In this document: positions 8,766-18,391 of the stretch, in pieces
Layout: each line of letters begins with the position of its first letter
Numbering within the stretch: the stretch's first letter is position 1
Notes under the pieces: model-generated
Databases searched by the model: none
Seen by the model: only the letters and a program-made list of their open reading frames with translations
What the model was told of the DNA's origin: nothing
DNA from: a virus
Taxonomy: Duplodnaviria; Caudoviricetes
Virus record (IMG/VR): IMGVR_UViG_3300020442_003253
Coordinates: 1 to 60,655 of that record
Direction: 5' to 3' (one strand)
Length of the DNA stretch: 60,655 nt
Made by a program: the position numbers and the translations under genes

Positions 8766-9159
8766 AATTTATCCCCATCGTAAATAATGCATTTACTGCA
8801 TTTTCAGTTGGCTTACGTGCAAACACACACCATTGTAACACTTCTTCGTCTGGATAGTTTTCTGCAACATAATCTCGGAAGCTCTTACCTGTTGTGTATA
8901 CATCGTCTACAACAAGCACAGGATCGTCTATGTTCTGTGTACCGTATCGATTAAGTGCTTCGCCTAATGCTACACCGCCTCTGGGTATACCTACAGCAGC
9001 TCGCCAGTTACGAGGTTCAAACTCGCGGATAATATGTGCAAGGGCAATCCATTCTTCTGGTGATATAGCATCACACTCAATTTTCCATGTAAGTGGTAAG
9101 CCTGCATGGCTTATAAAATTTATTTTTTGGAATAGGTCTATGTTAATGTTTTTATTCAT
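8749..9159 (-). CDS. type I phosphoribosyltransferase
   Basis: PRPP-binding loop LVVDDVYTTGKS; GIPRGG. Confidence 0.85.
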   Translation of the reverse strand: MNKNINIDLFQKINFISHAGLPLTWKIECDAISPEEWIALAHIIREFEPRNWRAAVGIPRGGVALGEALNRYGTQNIDDPVLVVDDVYTTGKSFRDYVAENYPDEEVLQWCVFARKPTENAVNALFTMGINYDFNN

Positions 9160-10679
9160 GAAAATACCTTTACATTGTATAGTTTACTAAATTCTTGTGC
9201 ATCTGTCAATGTGTTTACTATAGGTTTGCCTTTTATATTGAGGCTAGTGTTTAACAGCATAGGACAGCCTGTTAGTTCGTACCATCTTTCCAACAATAAT
9301 CTAAAACCAGGGTGATCTTCTTTTGTAACTGTTTGAACTCTGCTTGTTCCGTCTGCGTGGATAACTGCAGGGTATCGTTCAGGATCCTTACAATGTGCGG
9401 TGTACTGCATATAACGTCCGAAGGGCGGCTCAAATAAACTGGCTGCATATTCTTGAAGAACTGCGGGTGCAAATGGTCTAAACTTCTGTCTGCGTTTGAT
9501 GGCATTGACTTTATCTTTAATATCCATACGCTGAGGGTCAGCAAGAAGGCTGCGAGCGCCAAGGCTACGAGGACCGAACTCGGCTCTTCCTGACGCAACC
9601 CCTGCAATACCCGTTTGCATAAGTTCATTAACGATTTCATCTACTGGATATTCTCCTTCTATATCGTAACCTAAATAAGGTCCAGGCCACTCTGTATGTG
9701 TACCTCTGTGTGCAAGTACTGCTCCTATGCAACTGCCTGCATCACCTGGATTAGGCATTATCCAAACGTTATCAGCACCGTTCCAATGCTCAACTATCTT
9801 GCTGTTAGCACTACAATTCAAAGCACAGCCGCCCATAAACACTATATTACTGCTAGTGTATGTCCTGGCTACAGCCTTACTTATCCTAGTTAAAATATAT
9901 TCATATGCCCATTGTGTTCCGGCTGCTACATCATATGCCCATTGGGTAAACTCTTGCTTACCGTCTATTATATTGAATGCAATTTCAGTAGGCTCCCACC
10001 ACATACATCCTCTATGTAGATTGTGTTTCAAATGGAAATTAGGCAAACGATCAAACATATTAAGAAGATTTGAACTCTTATCCCAAAATGCATTTAATAT
10101 CTTTTCTCCATACTGACTGGCATTGCCATATGCTGCCATGCCCATTAATATGTACTCTTCCTCATTTGGTTTAAGTCCAATACGTTGTGTCATCGCACTA
10201 TACCAAATGCCTATACTGTTAGGATAGTTCCAGGTACGCTTACATGTAAGTTTATCGTACTCACCTTCCCATACGCTAAGAGTATTCCATTCGCCAATAG
10301 CATCAATAACTAGCACAGTTGCATGATCAAATCCGCTAGTATAGTATCCAGCTGCTGCATGTGAATGATGATGCCCTACTGTTGATATAGGTGCTGTTAA
10401 GCCAAAAGATTTTAAATATTTTTTTATACAATTCTTGTTTAATAAATCTTTTTGCCCAGCATATAGTTGCCGTGTAGTTTTAAGGAAAGGTTTTTCGTAC
10501 CATACAATCCTATCAGGTTCTCCCCATTGTAATGCGTAATTGACAATATCTTTATTTAGATGTGGATCATTTTTTATTCCACTAAACCTTTCTGTATGAC
10601 TAGCAAATTTGATAACATCATTATGATGTACAGATATTGCCGCATCGTGACTATTTGCGCTCACGCCCCATGTTATCAT
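9156..10679 (-). CDS. carbamoyltransferase (NodU/CmcH/TobZ family)
   Basis: SHDAA, ERFS..KND, HHHSHAA, ID.IGE, MGMAAYG, GGCALN, GDAG, EFGPRSLG.RS, FRPFAP, H.DGTSRVQTV, LNTSLN. Confidence 0.93.
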   Translation of the reverse strand: MITWGVSANSHDAAISVHHNDVIKFASHTERFSGIKNDPHLNKDIVNYALQWGEPDRIVWYEKPFLKTTRQLYAGQKDLLNKNCIKKYLKSFGLTAPISTVGHHHSHAAAGYYTSGFDHATVLVIDAIGEWNTLSVWEGEYDKLTCKRTWNYPNSIGIWYSAMTQRIGLKPNEEEYILMGMAAYGNASQYGEKILNAFWDKSSNLLNMFDRLPNFHLKHNLHRGCMWWEPTEIAFNIIDGKQEFTQWAYDVAAGTQWAYEYILTRISKAVARTYTSSNIVFMGGCALNCSANSKIVEHWNGADNVWIMPNPGDAGSCIGAVLAHRGTHTEWPGPYLGYDIEGEYPVDEIVNELMQTGIAGVASGRAEFGPRSLGARSLLADPQRMDIKDKVNAIKRRQKFRPFAPAVLQEYAASLFEPPFGRYMQYTAHCKDPERYPAVIHADGTSRVQTVTKEDHPGFRLLLERWYELTGCPMLLNTSLNIKGKPIVNTLTDAQEFSKLYNVKVFS

Positions 10680-10682
10680 ATT

Positions 10683-10817
10683 TTAATCATAAATAAAAGG
10701 ATCTTGTTTTCGTAGTTCTTTTAATCTTTTCCTAAACTCTATTTCTTCTTTTATCCAAAAATAAGGATAAGTTATATAATATTTTATTTTACTAACGATT
10801 TTTTTTAACCAAACCAT
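10683..10817 (-). CDS. 44-aa microprotein ending in DPFIYD (SxtK/DUF5989- or DltX-like motif)
   Basis: Hand translation MVWLKKIVSKIKYYITYPYFWIKEEIEFRKRLKELRKQDPFIYD*; fills the primase-carbamoyltransferase gap, overlaps the primase stop and ends 3 nt before the next ATG. Confidence 0.75.
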   Translation of the reverse strand: MVWLKKIVSKIKYYITYPYFWIKEEIEFRKRLKELRKQDPFIYD

Positions 10818-11785
10818 TTTTTTACCTTTAATTTTATTTTTAACGATGATCTTTCAGCAGATTTAATAATATTATAAAGAGTTAAAACTCTGCCATAAAT
10901 ATTTACCGCATCTGATATATCATTAATCTTATCTGACCAATTTGGCATGCTTACTTGCCATCCTAAATCAATAGCCTGTTCGGTTAATTTTTTTCCAGAT
11001 TTGTCTTTATCTGGAACTACAATAATATTTTTATTGTAAGTTTCAATTAACATTTTTTGTAAAGATGAAATTTCTGAACCTAAAATGCTTACACCGTTAA
11101 TGTGTAATGCATCAAACGGTCCCTCACAAACTATTATAAAATTATTATCAAATGATTGGTTGTCTAGATTATAAACAAATCCTGGTTGCGATTGTGTTAA
11201 GTATTTTGGTTTTGCATCATTTATACTTCTTGCAGTATAACCTACTATCTTTGAATTAAAAGTAAAAGGTAAAATTAATCTTGTATTGTAACCTACAGAT
11301 GGTGACCAATAAAAATTTGTGTCTTCTAAACATAAATTCCGTTTTGCAATATATTCAAATATAGGAATGATTTTGTTAGGTATATTTGTTACATTATTGA
11401 TACATTGAGACTGTGCTGGTAATTCAATAGTTTTAAATTTTGGCAGTTGAAGTTCTGGAATTTTCTTTGTAGCTATATCTGTTTGCCGCAACAGAGCTAG
11501 AGTTAACTTATTAATTAACTCATCAGTTACATTTATCCATTGCAAAAATTTTTTGAATTTAACTGTTAATTGCCTGCCATTTTGCCAGTTGCATTTAAAA
11601 CCACAATTAAAACAATGGTAGCTTACACCTGATTCAGGATGTATCATTAAGCCACCTCGTCCTCTTGTATCCTGGGCATGCCCATTATTATGGCAACAAG
11701 GTGCATTGAACGAAATCCACCCGCTAGGTGTATTTTTTCTTTTCGCTGGTATGTGTGAAATTACAATATCAGATACAGATAACAT
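10805..11785 (-). CDS. gp61: DNA primase (T4 gp61-like)
   Basis: Zn ribbon PCC...YHCFNCG; TOPRIM CEGPFDA and PDKDKSG. Confidence 0.88.
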   Translation of the reverse strand: MLSVSDIVISHIPAKRKNTPSGWISFNAPCCHNNGHAQDTRGRGGLMIHPESGVSYHCFNCGFKCNWQNGRQLTVKFKKFLQWINVTDELINKLTLALLRQTDIATKKIPELQLPKFKTIELPAQSQCINNVTNIPNKIIPIFEYIAKRNLCLEDTNFYWSPSVGYNTRLILPFTFNSKIVGYTARSINDAKPKYLTQSQPGFVYNLDNQSFDNNFIIVCEGPFDALHINGVSILGSEISSLQKMLIETYNKNIIVVPDKDKSGKKLTEQAIDLGWQVSMPNWSDKINDISDAVNIYGRVLTLYNIIKSAERSSLKIKLKVKKWFG

Positions 11786-11791
11786 TTATAC

Positions 11792-11820
11792 AGTATAGCA
11801 TCAGTATTGTCGAAAGTCAA
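11792..11820 (-). promoter_or_regulatory. sigma70-type promoter of primase
   Basis: TTGACT-17 nt-TATACT with extended -10 TG, 6 nt before the ATG. Confidence 0.7.
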
Positions 11821-12581
11821 TTTCTAATTAAAATTTTATTAATTTTATCTGTAGGATCGGCTGCAGCACAAAAACGCACAAAATTATATACACCATTAAA
11901 ATTATAAATAGTAGGTTCTGTTTCGTCCCCAGCTAATGTGATAGTGTCAATTGTTGCCCAATTTGTTGCAGACGAAACTGAATTATCTAATGTAACTTGT
12001 ATGCTTACATCACCTATGTAATCTATATTATAGATTGCAGCAGTATGTAGAGCTTCATTGCCATTGATACTCGGTTCAGCATTTATTGAACCAGTATACC
12101 AAAATTCGTTGTCTTTGGTAAAATTTGATACGCTTTTAGATTCTCTCGGACCTGGAAATGCATAATCATCTACAAATAATGTAGCATTATTATCAAAGTG
12201 ACTGTCGGCAAAAGTAAGATGATTGTCGCCTTCTAAGTCTGTTAGATAAATGTTATAACTTAGATATTGCCTTTGTATGTCTAACAAATCATTTTCTGAA
12301 ATTGTAATTGTAAACGTTCCTTGTACAGAATTTGCTACTGTTCCAGCTCTTCTAATTACTTGTCGTTTTGTTTCGTCAAATGCTACAAATGTAGGCATAT
12401 AATCAGTTATATCCATTGGTTTTTGATCTGCATTCACTATTTTAAACTGTATTTTATTATCAATACCTCTATAGGCTTTTATTTGTCTACTATACACTGG
12501 CATGTACTCCGTGTGAAATCCTGTTTCATATGTTACAATTATATTTGATTCTTTTAATAAATATCTTGGTATAAGTTGCAT
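11817..12581 (-). CDS. hypothetical protein (beta-rich, possibly virion-associated)
   Basis: 254-aa ORF; TAAATA 4 nt before ATG. Confidence 0.7.
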   Translation of the reverse strand: MQLIPRYLLKESNIIVTYETGFHTEYMPVYSRQIKAYRGIDNKIQFKIVNADQKPMDITDYMPTFVAFDETKRQVIRRAGTVANSVQGTFTITISENDLLDIQRQYLSYNIYLTDLEGDNHLTFADSHFDNNATLFVDDYAFPGPRESKSVSNFTKDNEFWYTGSINAEPSINGNEALHTAAIYNIDYIGDVSIQVTLDNSVSSATNWATIDTITLAGDETEPTIYNFNGVYNFVRFCAAADPTDKINKILIRN

Positions 12582-12612
12582 ATTATATTTATTACGAAAG
12601 AATTCTTAAATA

Positions 12613-12984
12613 ATGCTTAGAAAAGATATAGAAGAAAAATATCCTTTTATTAGTTTGATACAATACGGAGGCAAAGAATACGTAGGAATTGTTGTTAATC
12701 AAGATCAATTTATCACAACAATATTAGATTATTCTAATTTGAAAAATATTTCGCATAAAAAATATTTTTTAGAACTAGGTGAACTTTGGTGGATGGAAAG
12801 TAATAGAATGATTCCTATTACTATTTTTTTAAGAAATGATATAGAACATTTACGATATTGTTTAAGAAATCTTAATTCAAAAGATGTAAAGGTATTACTA
12901 GGACCTGTAGTAAATTTAGGAAGTATGCATCTAAAAAGGATTAAAAGAAAAAGTATTCAAATGGTTCGTCGCCCTAAAAAATAA
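12613..12984 (+). CDS. hypothetical protein
   Basis: 123-aa ORF filling the gap, divergent TAAATA immediately upstream. Confidence 0.7.
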   Translation: MLRKDIEEKYPFISLIQYGGKEYVGIVVNQDQFITTILDYSNLKNISHKKYFLELGELWWMESNRMIPITIFLRNDIEHLRYCLRNLNSKDVKVLLGPVVNLGSMHLKRIKRKSIQMVRRPKK

Positions 12985-13548
12985 TTATTCATGTGATAGT
13001 TTTTTGCATAATAAATTCATGTGTATTACAACAGCAACTGCATAAGATATTGCATGCGCTTTTTTAAAATAATATTCTCCATTAGTAGGTTTAATCCAGA
13101 CTTTTTTTTCTATAACATCCCACTCTTCTTGCAATAAAAATCTTTTTGCAGGTCGAATTATTGCAAGCACAGCAGCGAGTTGTTCTATGTTTCTAGGTTT
13201 AAGTTTTGCACAAATTTCATAATGTCCTGCCAAATGAAACAATAAATCTACAAACTCTTTATGTTCTAAAAGCTCCCACAACGGTTCTTGTTCCATAAGT
13301 TGTAGTAGATGTTCTTCATTTTTTATTTCACTGTATATTGAGACATTTAGAAAATCTAATTTAAAATATCCACGATCTTCTGCAACTTTGTAATCAATTG
13401 TAGCTACATTTGTAAAAGGATTACAAGGTATTTCAGTTACATAAATGCCTGTATTATGCTTTTTATTATTAGGTAATGCAGCTATCCTATGATCTATGAT
13501 AGATAAAATTTTGTTTCTATCAGCAAAATCTATATCAATGTCAGGCAT
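12985..13548 (-). CDS. dnaE: mini DnaE-like protein (palm/fingers fragment, 187 aa)
   Basis: MPDIDIDF, KHNTGIY, YFKLDFLN, LAIIRP, YFKKAHAISYA; lacks the upstream RGS segment. Confidence 0.8.
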   Translation of the reverse strand: MPDIDIDFADRNKILSIIDHRIAALPNNKKHNTGIYVTEIPCNPFTNVATIDYKVAEDRGYFKLDFLNVSIYSEIKNEEHLLQLMEQEPLWELLEHKEFVDLLFHLAGHYEICAKLKPRNIEQLAAVLAIIRPAKRFLLQEEWDVIEKKVWIKPTNGEYYFKKAHAISYAVAVVIHMNLLCKKLSHE

Positions 13549-14035
13549 ATTTTGTATATTTTTTTGCTTTTTTGTTTGCTATTTTCCAAACTAACGGCGA
13601 GACACGATCTTTAAAAGTTATACCTTGTAAATGATCCCACTCATGTAAAAAAACTTTTACGCTATAATCTGTTAGGTGTGTGCGTTTCTTTTCTAAGTTT
13701 TCATCATAGTATTCTACAAGAATTTCTTTTGGTCTTTTTACTTGTGCAAAAACATTAGGAAAACTTAGGCAGCCTTCTACATCAATTACAATTTCTTCAG
13801 TATGTTGTAAAACTGTAGGATTTATAAGCATTGAGCTATTTTCTTCACTGTCACCCATTACAAATAATTGTGCATCTAATCCTACTTGATTAGCAGACAA
13901 TCCGATACCATTGTTAGAAAGCATAAATTCAACCATTTCTTTTTTTAGTTCTACTGGATCAAATGTAGGAACATTAATATCTACATCTGCAACTTTTTTT
14001 GTAAGGAATTCATCCGGATAATATACAAGTTTCAT
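13541..14035 (-). CDS. def: peptide deformylase
   Basis: GIGLSANQ, EGCLS, HEWDH. Confidence 0.95.
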   Translation of the reverse strand: MKLVYYPDEFLTKKVADVDINVPTFDPVELKKEMVEFMLSNNGIGLSANQVGLDAQLFVMGDSEENSSMLINPTVLQHTEEIVIDVEGCLSFPNVFAQVKRPKEILVEYYDENLEKKRTHLTDYSVKVFLHEWDHLQGITFKDRVSPLVWKIANKKAKKYTKYA

Positions 14036-14727
14036 AATTTGCTTTCTTTAATAATTTGTTTTGCTAATTCTAAATCTCTTGTTTGTCTTTTAAATTTTAA
14101 TGCCCAGTGTTCAGGATCAACGATATGATATATCATTTTTAATTGTTCTTCATTGAATTTATCAAGCATCTGTTTTCCGCTTGTGCTATTTAAAACAATC
14201 CATGGAGAAATTTTTCCATCTTTAATATGATATACAGCTCTGTTAGTGCTTACTAAATTAAAATAGTGATTCCATACAGCCGGTGGATTTTCTTTTGCCC
14301 ATTCCGTCATTGTTAATACACTACGCTCTAGTGCTGTTGTTACATCTTCTTTTTTAATAAGTTCTATAGCGTAACGTTCATATAATTCTTCCTTACACCA
14401 TTGCTCTAGCTTTACACCACTTGTAACAACATAGTCAACATATTTTTCTGGATATAATGGTTTAACATTATTAAGGAAGCTACCAAATTTTACAAAGCTG
14501 TTGTAGTAAGGACTCTTGCAAAACTCTTCATATGTCTTATCTTTCTTAGAGCCCATACTACGTTTGTAAAATTGATTGAATGCATGGAAACCTAGCTGTA
14601 CCCTTTTCTCATCTTTCTGTAATGCTCTGCGTTTCTTTTCACATAAATGTGCAAAAAGAGTTTTCTCTCGTGTGTATGATGTATTACAATATTCGCATGT
14701 ATACTTAGATTTTGATATCAAGTGCAT
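14032..14727 (-). CDS. hypothetical protein with N-terminal Zn-finger
   Basis: CEYC-x12-HLC; tightly packed ORF. Confidence 0.7.
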   Translation of the reverse strand: MHLISKSKYTCEYCNTSYTREKTLFAHLCEKKRRALQKDEKRVQLGFHAFNQFYKRSMGSKKDKTYEEFCKSPYYNSFVKFGSFLNNVKPLYPEKYVDYVVTSGVKLEQWCKEELYERYAIELIKKEDVTTALERSVLTMTEWAKENPPAVWNHYFNLVSTNRAVYHIKDGKISPWIVLNSTSGKQMLDKFNEEQLKMIYHIVDPEHWALKFKRQTRDLELAKQIIKESKL

Positions 14728-15154
14728 GATCCTCGATCAATTGTTCAATTTCTTCTTTTGTTGATATACTAGCCAAGACTTTTATGTCATCTAATTTTTT
14801 ATCTGGAAAAAGTTTTATTAAAATTTTTTCAAACTTATTTGTAGTGTTAGTAACGTTTGATTTCAAACCTTGATATTTATGGAATTCAATGTTTTTTGTG
14901 TTGCCAGATATACACAACAATTGCCATTGCAATTCTGGATGATTATATGCTACCATATAATTTTTATTGAAAAATTCATTAGTTTTCAATACAGCAAGTG
15001 CTTGCTTCTCGGACGATCCTGCAACACTAGAAATGTATCTATTTAGCAGCCAAAAAGACACTGATTTTTTTTGCTCAGTATCTAATTCCTTCCAAACAGA
15101 TTTAGCATTCATATCTATTGCTGCAAGTATATCTTTTACTGGTATTTTTGACAT
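14705..15154 (-). CDS. gp62: clamp loader small subunit-like (T4 gp62)
   Basis: WLLNRYIS...N...HPELQWQLL pattern, size and replication context. Confidence 0.55.
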   Translation of the reverse strand: MSKIPVKDILAAIDMNAKSVWKELDTEQKKSVSFWLLNRYISSVAGSSEKQALAVLKTNEFFNKNYMVAYNHPELQWQLLCISGNTKNIEFHKYQGLKSNVTNTTNKFEKILIKLFPDKKLDDIKVLASISTKEEIEQLIEDHALDIKI

Positions 15155-15159
15155 AGCCT

Positions 15160-15188
15160 ATTATACTATATAAGTTTACAAAAATCAA
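15160..15188 (-). promoter_or_regulatory. sigma70-type promoter
   Basis: TTGATT-17 nt-TATAAT, 5 nt before the ATG at 15154. Confidence 0.6.
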
Positions 15189-15678
15189 TAATTTCCATTT
15201 GTCGCGATACATCTTTTACAAAAAAAGCACATAATGGATTTTCTTCTTCAGTTATTGGTATAGATAATAGTTGTCCGTTTTTAACTTTGGGAAAATACCA
15301 TTTGACATCATTATAAAAATTTGTAATTTTTATTGTACCATAATCAGCTTTATAGCTTTTTAAAGGATTAAATAGAAAAGCTTCAAAGCCTCTGTCATTA
15401 AGACTAGTAAGAGGTAAAATTTCTAAATCTTTTCCTGTCCTACTATCTCCTACTGCAATATGCCAATCAACAGGCATAATTAATTCTTGATTATTTATTT
15501 CTAATACTATTGCAGGACTGCTAAAAGATTCAAGAAAAATTAGTGGAATGAAAAAGAAATCAGGATCTGTTGGATCACTATTATCTAGTACACTAAATCT
15601 AAAATCTTCTTCAATTTCATCTGGTAAATTGTTAAGGTCATAAGTTTTGTTTTCTAATGTAAGTATTCTCATTGCCAA
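15166..15678 (-). CDS. hypothetical protein
   Basis: 170-aa ORF coupled to the end of uvsW. Confidence 0.75.
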   Translation of the reverse strand: MAMRILTLENKTYDLNNLPDEIEEDFRFSVLDNSDPTDPDFFFIPLIFLESFSSPAIVLEINNQELIMPVDWHIAVGDSRTGKDLEILPLTSLNDRGFEAFLFNPLKSYKADYGTIKITNFYNDVKWYFPKVKNGQLLSIPITEEENPLCAFFVKDVSRQMEIIDFCKLI

Positions 15679-17132
15679 TCAACCTTTTCTATTGTAAATG
15701 GATATTGAGCGTCACGATAAAATTTCTTACGCTCTGTTAAATGTCTTTTTGCAAATTTGCAAGTACTAGTAAAATCCCATATCTGTACAAAGTCTTTGTC
15801 CTTAGCTTTACGGACGCCACGACCTATAGACTGTATAACCCGTACAAAACTTTTGCCTGGTTCTATCAAAACAAGATTAAAAATACGAGGAATATTGATC
15901 CCCACAGCAGCAACCCCGTAAGTTGCAACGATAACAGAATTGTCTGCATCTTGGATTTCGTCATACGCTGATTTCCTGTCCTTGAGCTTAACATCACCTT
16001 TTATAAAAACTGAGTTTTCTATACGTTCGTGCAACAATTCTCCAGCACTGATACGATCAATTAGTATAAGTGTATTACCAGACTCCTTAATTTTATTTAA
16101 CATCTTAGCAATGTAGTTTACACGGTTTTCTTCAGTTACAAGATATTTTAATTCACTTTGATAGTCTCGATGTGCAACTGTATCTATAAGCTGTACAATG
16201 TTTACATGACAGTTAGATAGCACTCCTTTGTCCTGTAGTTCTTTAGCAGTAATCTGACCAATAACTGGTCCTATACTTGCGTGTAATGCTTCAAATTCAA
16301 AACGTTCTTTGGGTACTGTACCTGTTAGTCCCCAGCGTATTGGAGCGTTTCGTAGGTTGCGTGTAAGTAAATTTTTCAACACTTCGGCCTTTGCCTGATG
16401 CACTTCGTCTATGATTATTGTGCTTACGCCGTCTAAGAACTCTGCAAGTGTTAGTACTGCTGTACCATCTTTGCTCTTCTTATCTAGTATGTTGAGACTT
16501 TGCCAAGTGCATATGGTATGCGTTTTGGATAGATCTTTCCTATCGCCAAAGTATACGCCGCAGTCCAGCCCGCAATTTTTGTAATCTTCTTCAGTTTGTT
16601 GCACAAGAGATTTGTTTGGTACAACAACAAGTGTTCGTCCATATTTTTCCGCTATGTGTGAGAGTGTTGCAGTGGTAATAGTTTTACCAGCGCCTGTTGC
16701 AATCTCCTGTAGAGACTGCGGATTCTTAACAAAATTATTTATAGCTTCTACTTGATAATCTCTTAATACAATATCTTCTCCTGCTGCAGGATGCCCTTCT
16801 GGCCACTTCACTCCTTGCTGTTTCCAGTAGTCTTCTGTTATGGGTTGTAAGTCTAGTGTAACAGGATGTCTACGATCTTCTATGTCAGCAATTTCTACAT
16901 TATTGTTCTGCAGTATCTCTACAATCGTATCTAGATGATTGACATATCCTGTACCACCTATACCAAAGAATGCTACCTTCCCGTCCCATCTGCCAAGTTT
17001 ATACTGTGGCATATAACGTGCATAAGGAACTTCAAATTTAAGGGCATTGGCAAGTTTCCTACGTATTTCAACAGGTAGTCCTTCGAGCTTTATATTAACT
17101 TCGTCTTCTATAATTAGTTTACATGTTGTCAT
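15669..17132 (-). CDS. uvsW: SF2 helicase UvsW
   Basis: LRDYQ, ATGAGKT, IIDEVH, GLTGT, GINIP, QSIGRGVR; N-terminal YKLGRWDG. Confidence 0.92.
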   Translation of the reverse strand: MTTCKLIIEDEVNIKLEGLPVEIRRKLANALKFEVPYARYMPQYKLGRWDGKVAFFGIGGTGYVNHLDTIVEILQNNNVEIADIEDRRHPVTLDLQPITEDYWKQQGVKWPEGHPAAGEDIVLRDYQVEAINNFVKNPQSLQEIATGAGKTITTATLSHIAEKYGRTLVVVPNKSLVQQTEEDYKNCGLDCGVYFGDRKDLSKTHTICTWQSLNILDKKSKDGTAVLTLAEFLDGVSTIIIDEVHQAKAEVLKNLLTRNLRNAPIRWGLTGTVPKERFEFEALHASIGPVIGQITAKELQDKGVLSNCHVNIVQLIDTVAHRDYQSELKYLVTEENRVNYIAKMLNKIKESGNTLILIDRISAGELLHERIENSVFIKGDVKLKDRKSAYDEIQDADNSVIVATYGVAAVGINIPRIFNLVLIEPGKSFVRVIQSIGRGVRKAKDKDFVQIWDFTSTCKFAKRHLTERKKFYRDAQYPFTIEKVDWQ

Positions 17133-18355
17133 AACTGTTCAATTTGCTGCGATTTCCATGTTGTAAGAATTTCATCATAATGAATGATTAGATCAGATTG
17201 GTTATAATAAGTAGTTAGAATTTTTTGATGTCTAAAGCTTTCTAATAAAATGGTTGTGTTAAAATTAAATTTTTCTGATAACAATGGTTTTGGAATTTTT
17301 ATGTTATTTAAAAATACTAATTTTGTTTTATCATTTACAGGATTATTTAATTTTAATTCTTGTACAAGCGTGTTAAACGAAATTTGATAGTCATTTGCAT
17401 TAGCAAGTCTAAATAATACTGACATCTCATTCTGCAAAATGTTATTAGAAAAAGCTGAATGTATTTTTTGTAAATATTCTAATTCATTATTATTTTTTAA
17501 AATAACTAGTATTGGCAAACGCTTTAATTCGAGCAACGATGTGCATATGTCTTCAATTGGAAAAATTTTTTTAGAACAAAAGATTTCTTTTTTATTTGAA
17601 TTTGATATTTTTTGAGCAGTAGGAGAAAATAATTTTAGTGATTCATTTAGTACGTCACTGTCAAAATATTTCAACCCTAATGTGTTTCTTCTATCCCAAT
17701 ATAAGGTATAATTGTTCTTTGTAGGTTTACCTAGCAAAGAGTAAGCGTAATCTAATAATTTTTCATGAGTGTTTTTTAACTCAAAATTATATATACCTGG
17801 TTTATACTTTTGCTCATTATCAGTAAAGTATTTTATAGTATCATATAAAAGTTCTACATTTTTATCTATTTCAAAATTTGCTTGTTTAAATTTTTCTACA
17901 ATTTTGTATATATTATCTTCTGTTAATTCTATAAAATGTGTTTTTGTTTTTGTATCATATAATTTTTTATTTTTTTGTAATAGTTTTATAAATTCAATGT
18001 ACTTTATCATCTTGTTAGAATAGGGAAATCGTATTGCTATCATAGTTGTTTTTACATTCCCAAATAAATCAATGTATTCTCTTTCAACAAGAGAAATTGT
18101 TTTTGATCGATCTATTACTCTAAGAGGCAGTCGTAAATTATTTAAATCATTATCAGTAAACTTATAACCTACTTCATCTAATTGCTCTTTGTAAGATATA
18201 ATTTTAAGTTTAGCAAGATTATATTGTCTATCTGTAAATGGAACATTTTTTTTAGTTTGACTTGCTAAACTTTTAATTAATTTTACATCTGCATTATCTA
18301 AAATTATATTTGATGCAGGATCTGCTAGGATTTCTAAATAATCTTCTATATACAT
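17129..18355 (-). CDS. hypothetical protein
   Basis: 408-aa ORF, very AT-rich, coupled to uvsW. Confidence 0.75.
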   Translation of the reverse strand: MYIEDYLEILADPASNIILDNADVKLIKSLASQTKKNVPFTDRQYNLAKLKIISYKEQLDEVGYKFTDNDLNNLRLPLRVIDRSKTISLVEREYIDLFGNVKTTMIAIRFPYSNKMIKYIEFIKLLQKNKKLYDTKTKTHFIELTEDNIYKIVEKFKQANFEIDKNVELLYDTIKYFTDNEQKYKPGIYNFELKNTHEKLLDYAYSLLGKPTKNNYTLYWDRRNTLGLKYFDSDVLNESLKLFSPTAQKISNSNKKEIFCSKKIFPIEDICTSLLELKRLPILVILKNNNELEYLQKIHSAFSNNILQNEMSVLFRLANANDYQISFNTLVQELKLNNPVNDKTKLVFLNNIKIPKPLLSEKFNFNTTILLESFRHQKILTTYYNQSDLIIHYDEILTTWKSQQIEQL

Positions 18356-18391
18356 GAGTCAAAAAAAAATAATTTATTAAGTAATTGTACA

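Noticed and set aside
15166-15678. Possible Hint/intein-like domain after uvsW
   Set aside because: Only a vague block-B resemblance; no N-terminal Cys/Ser or C-terminal His-Asn.
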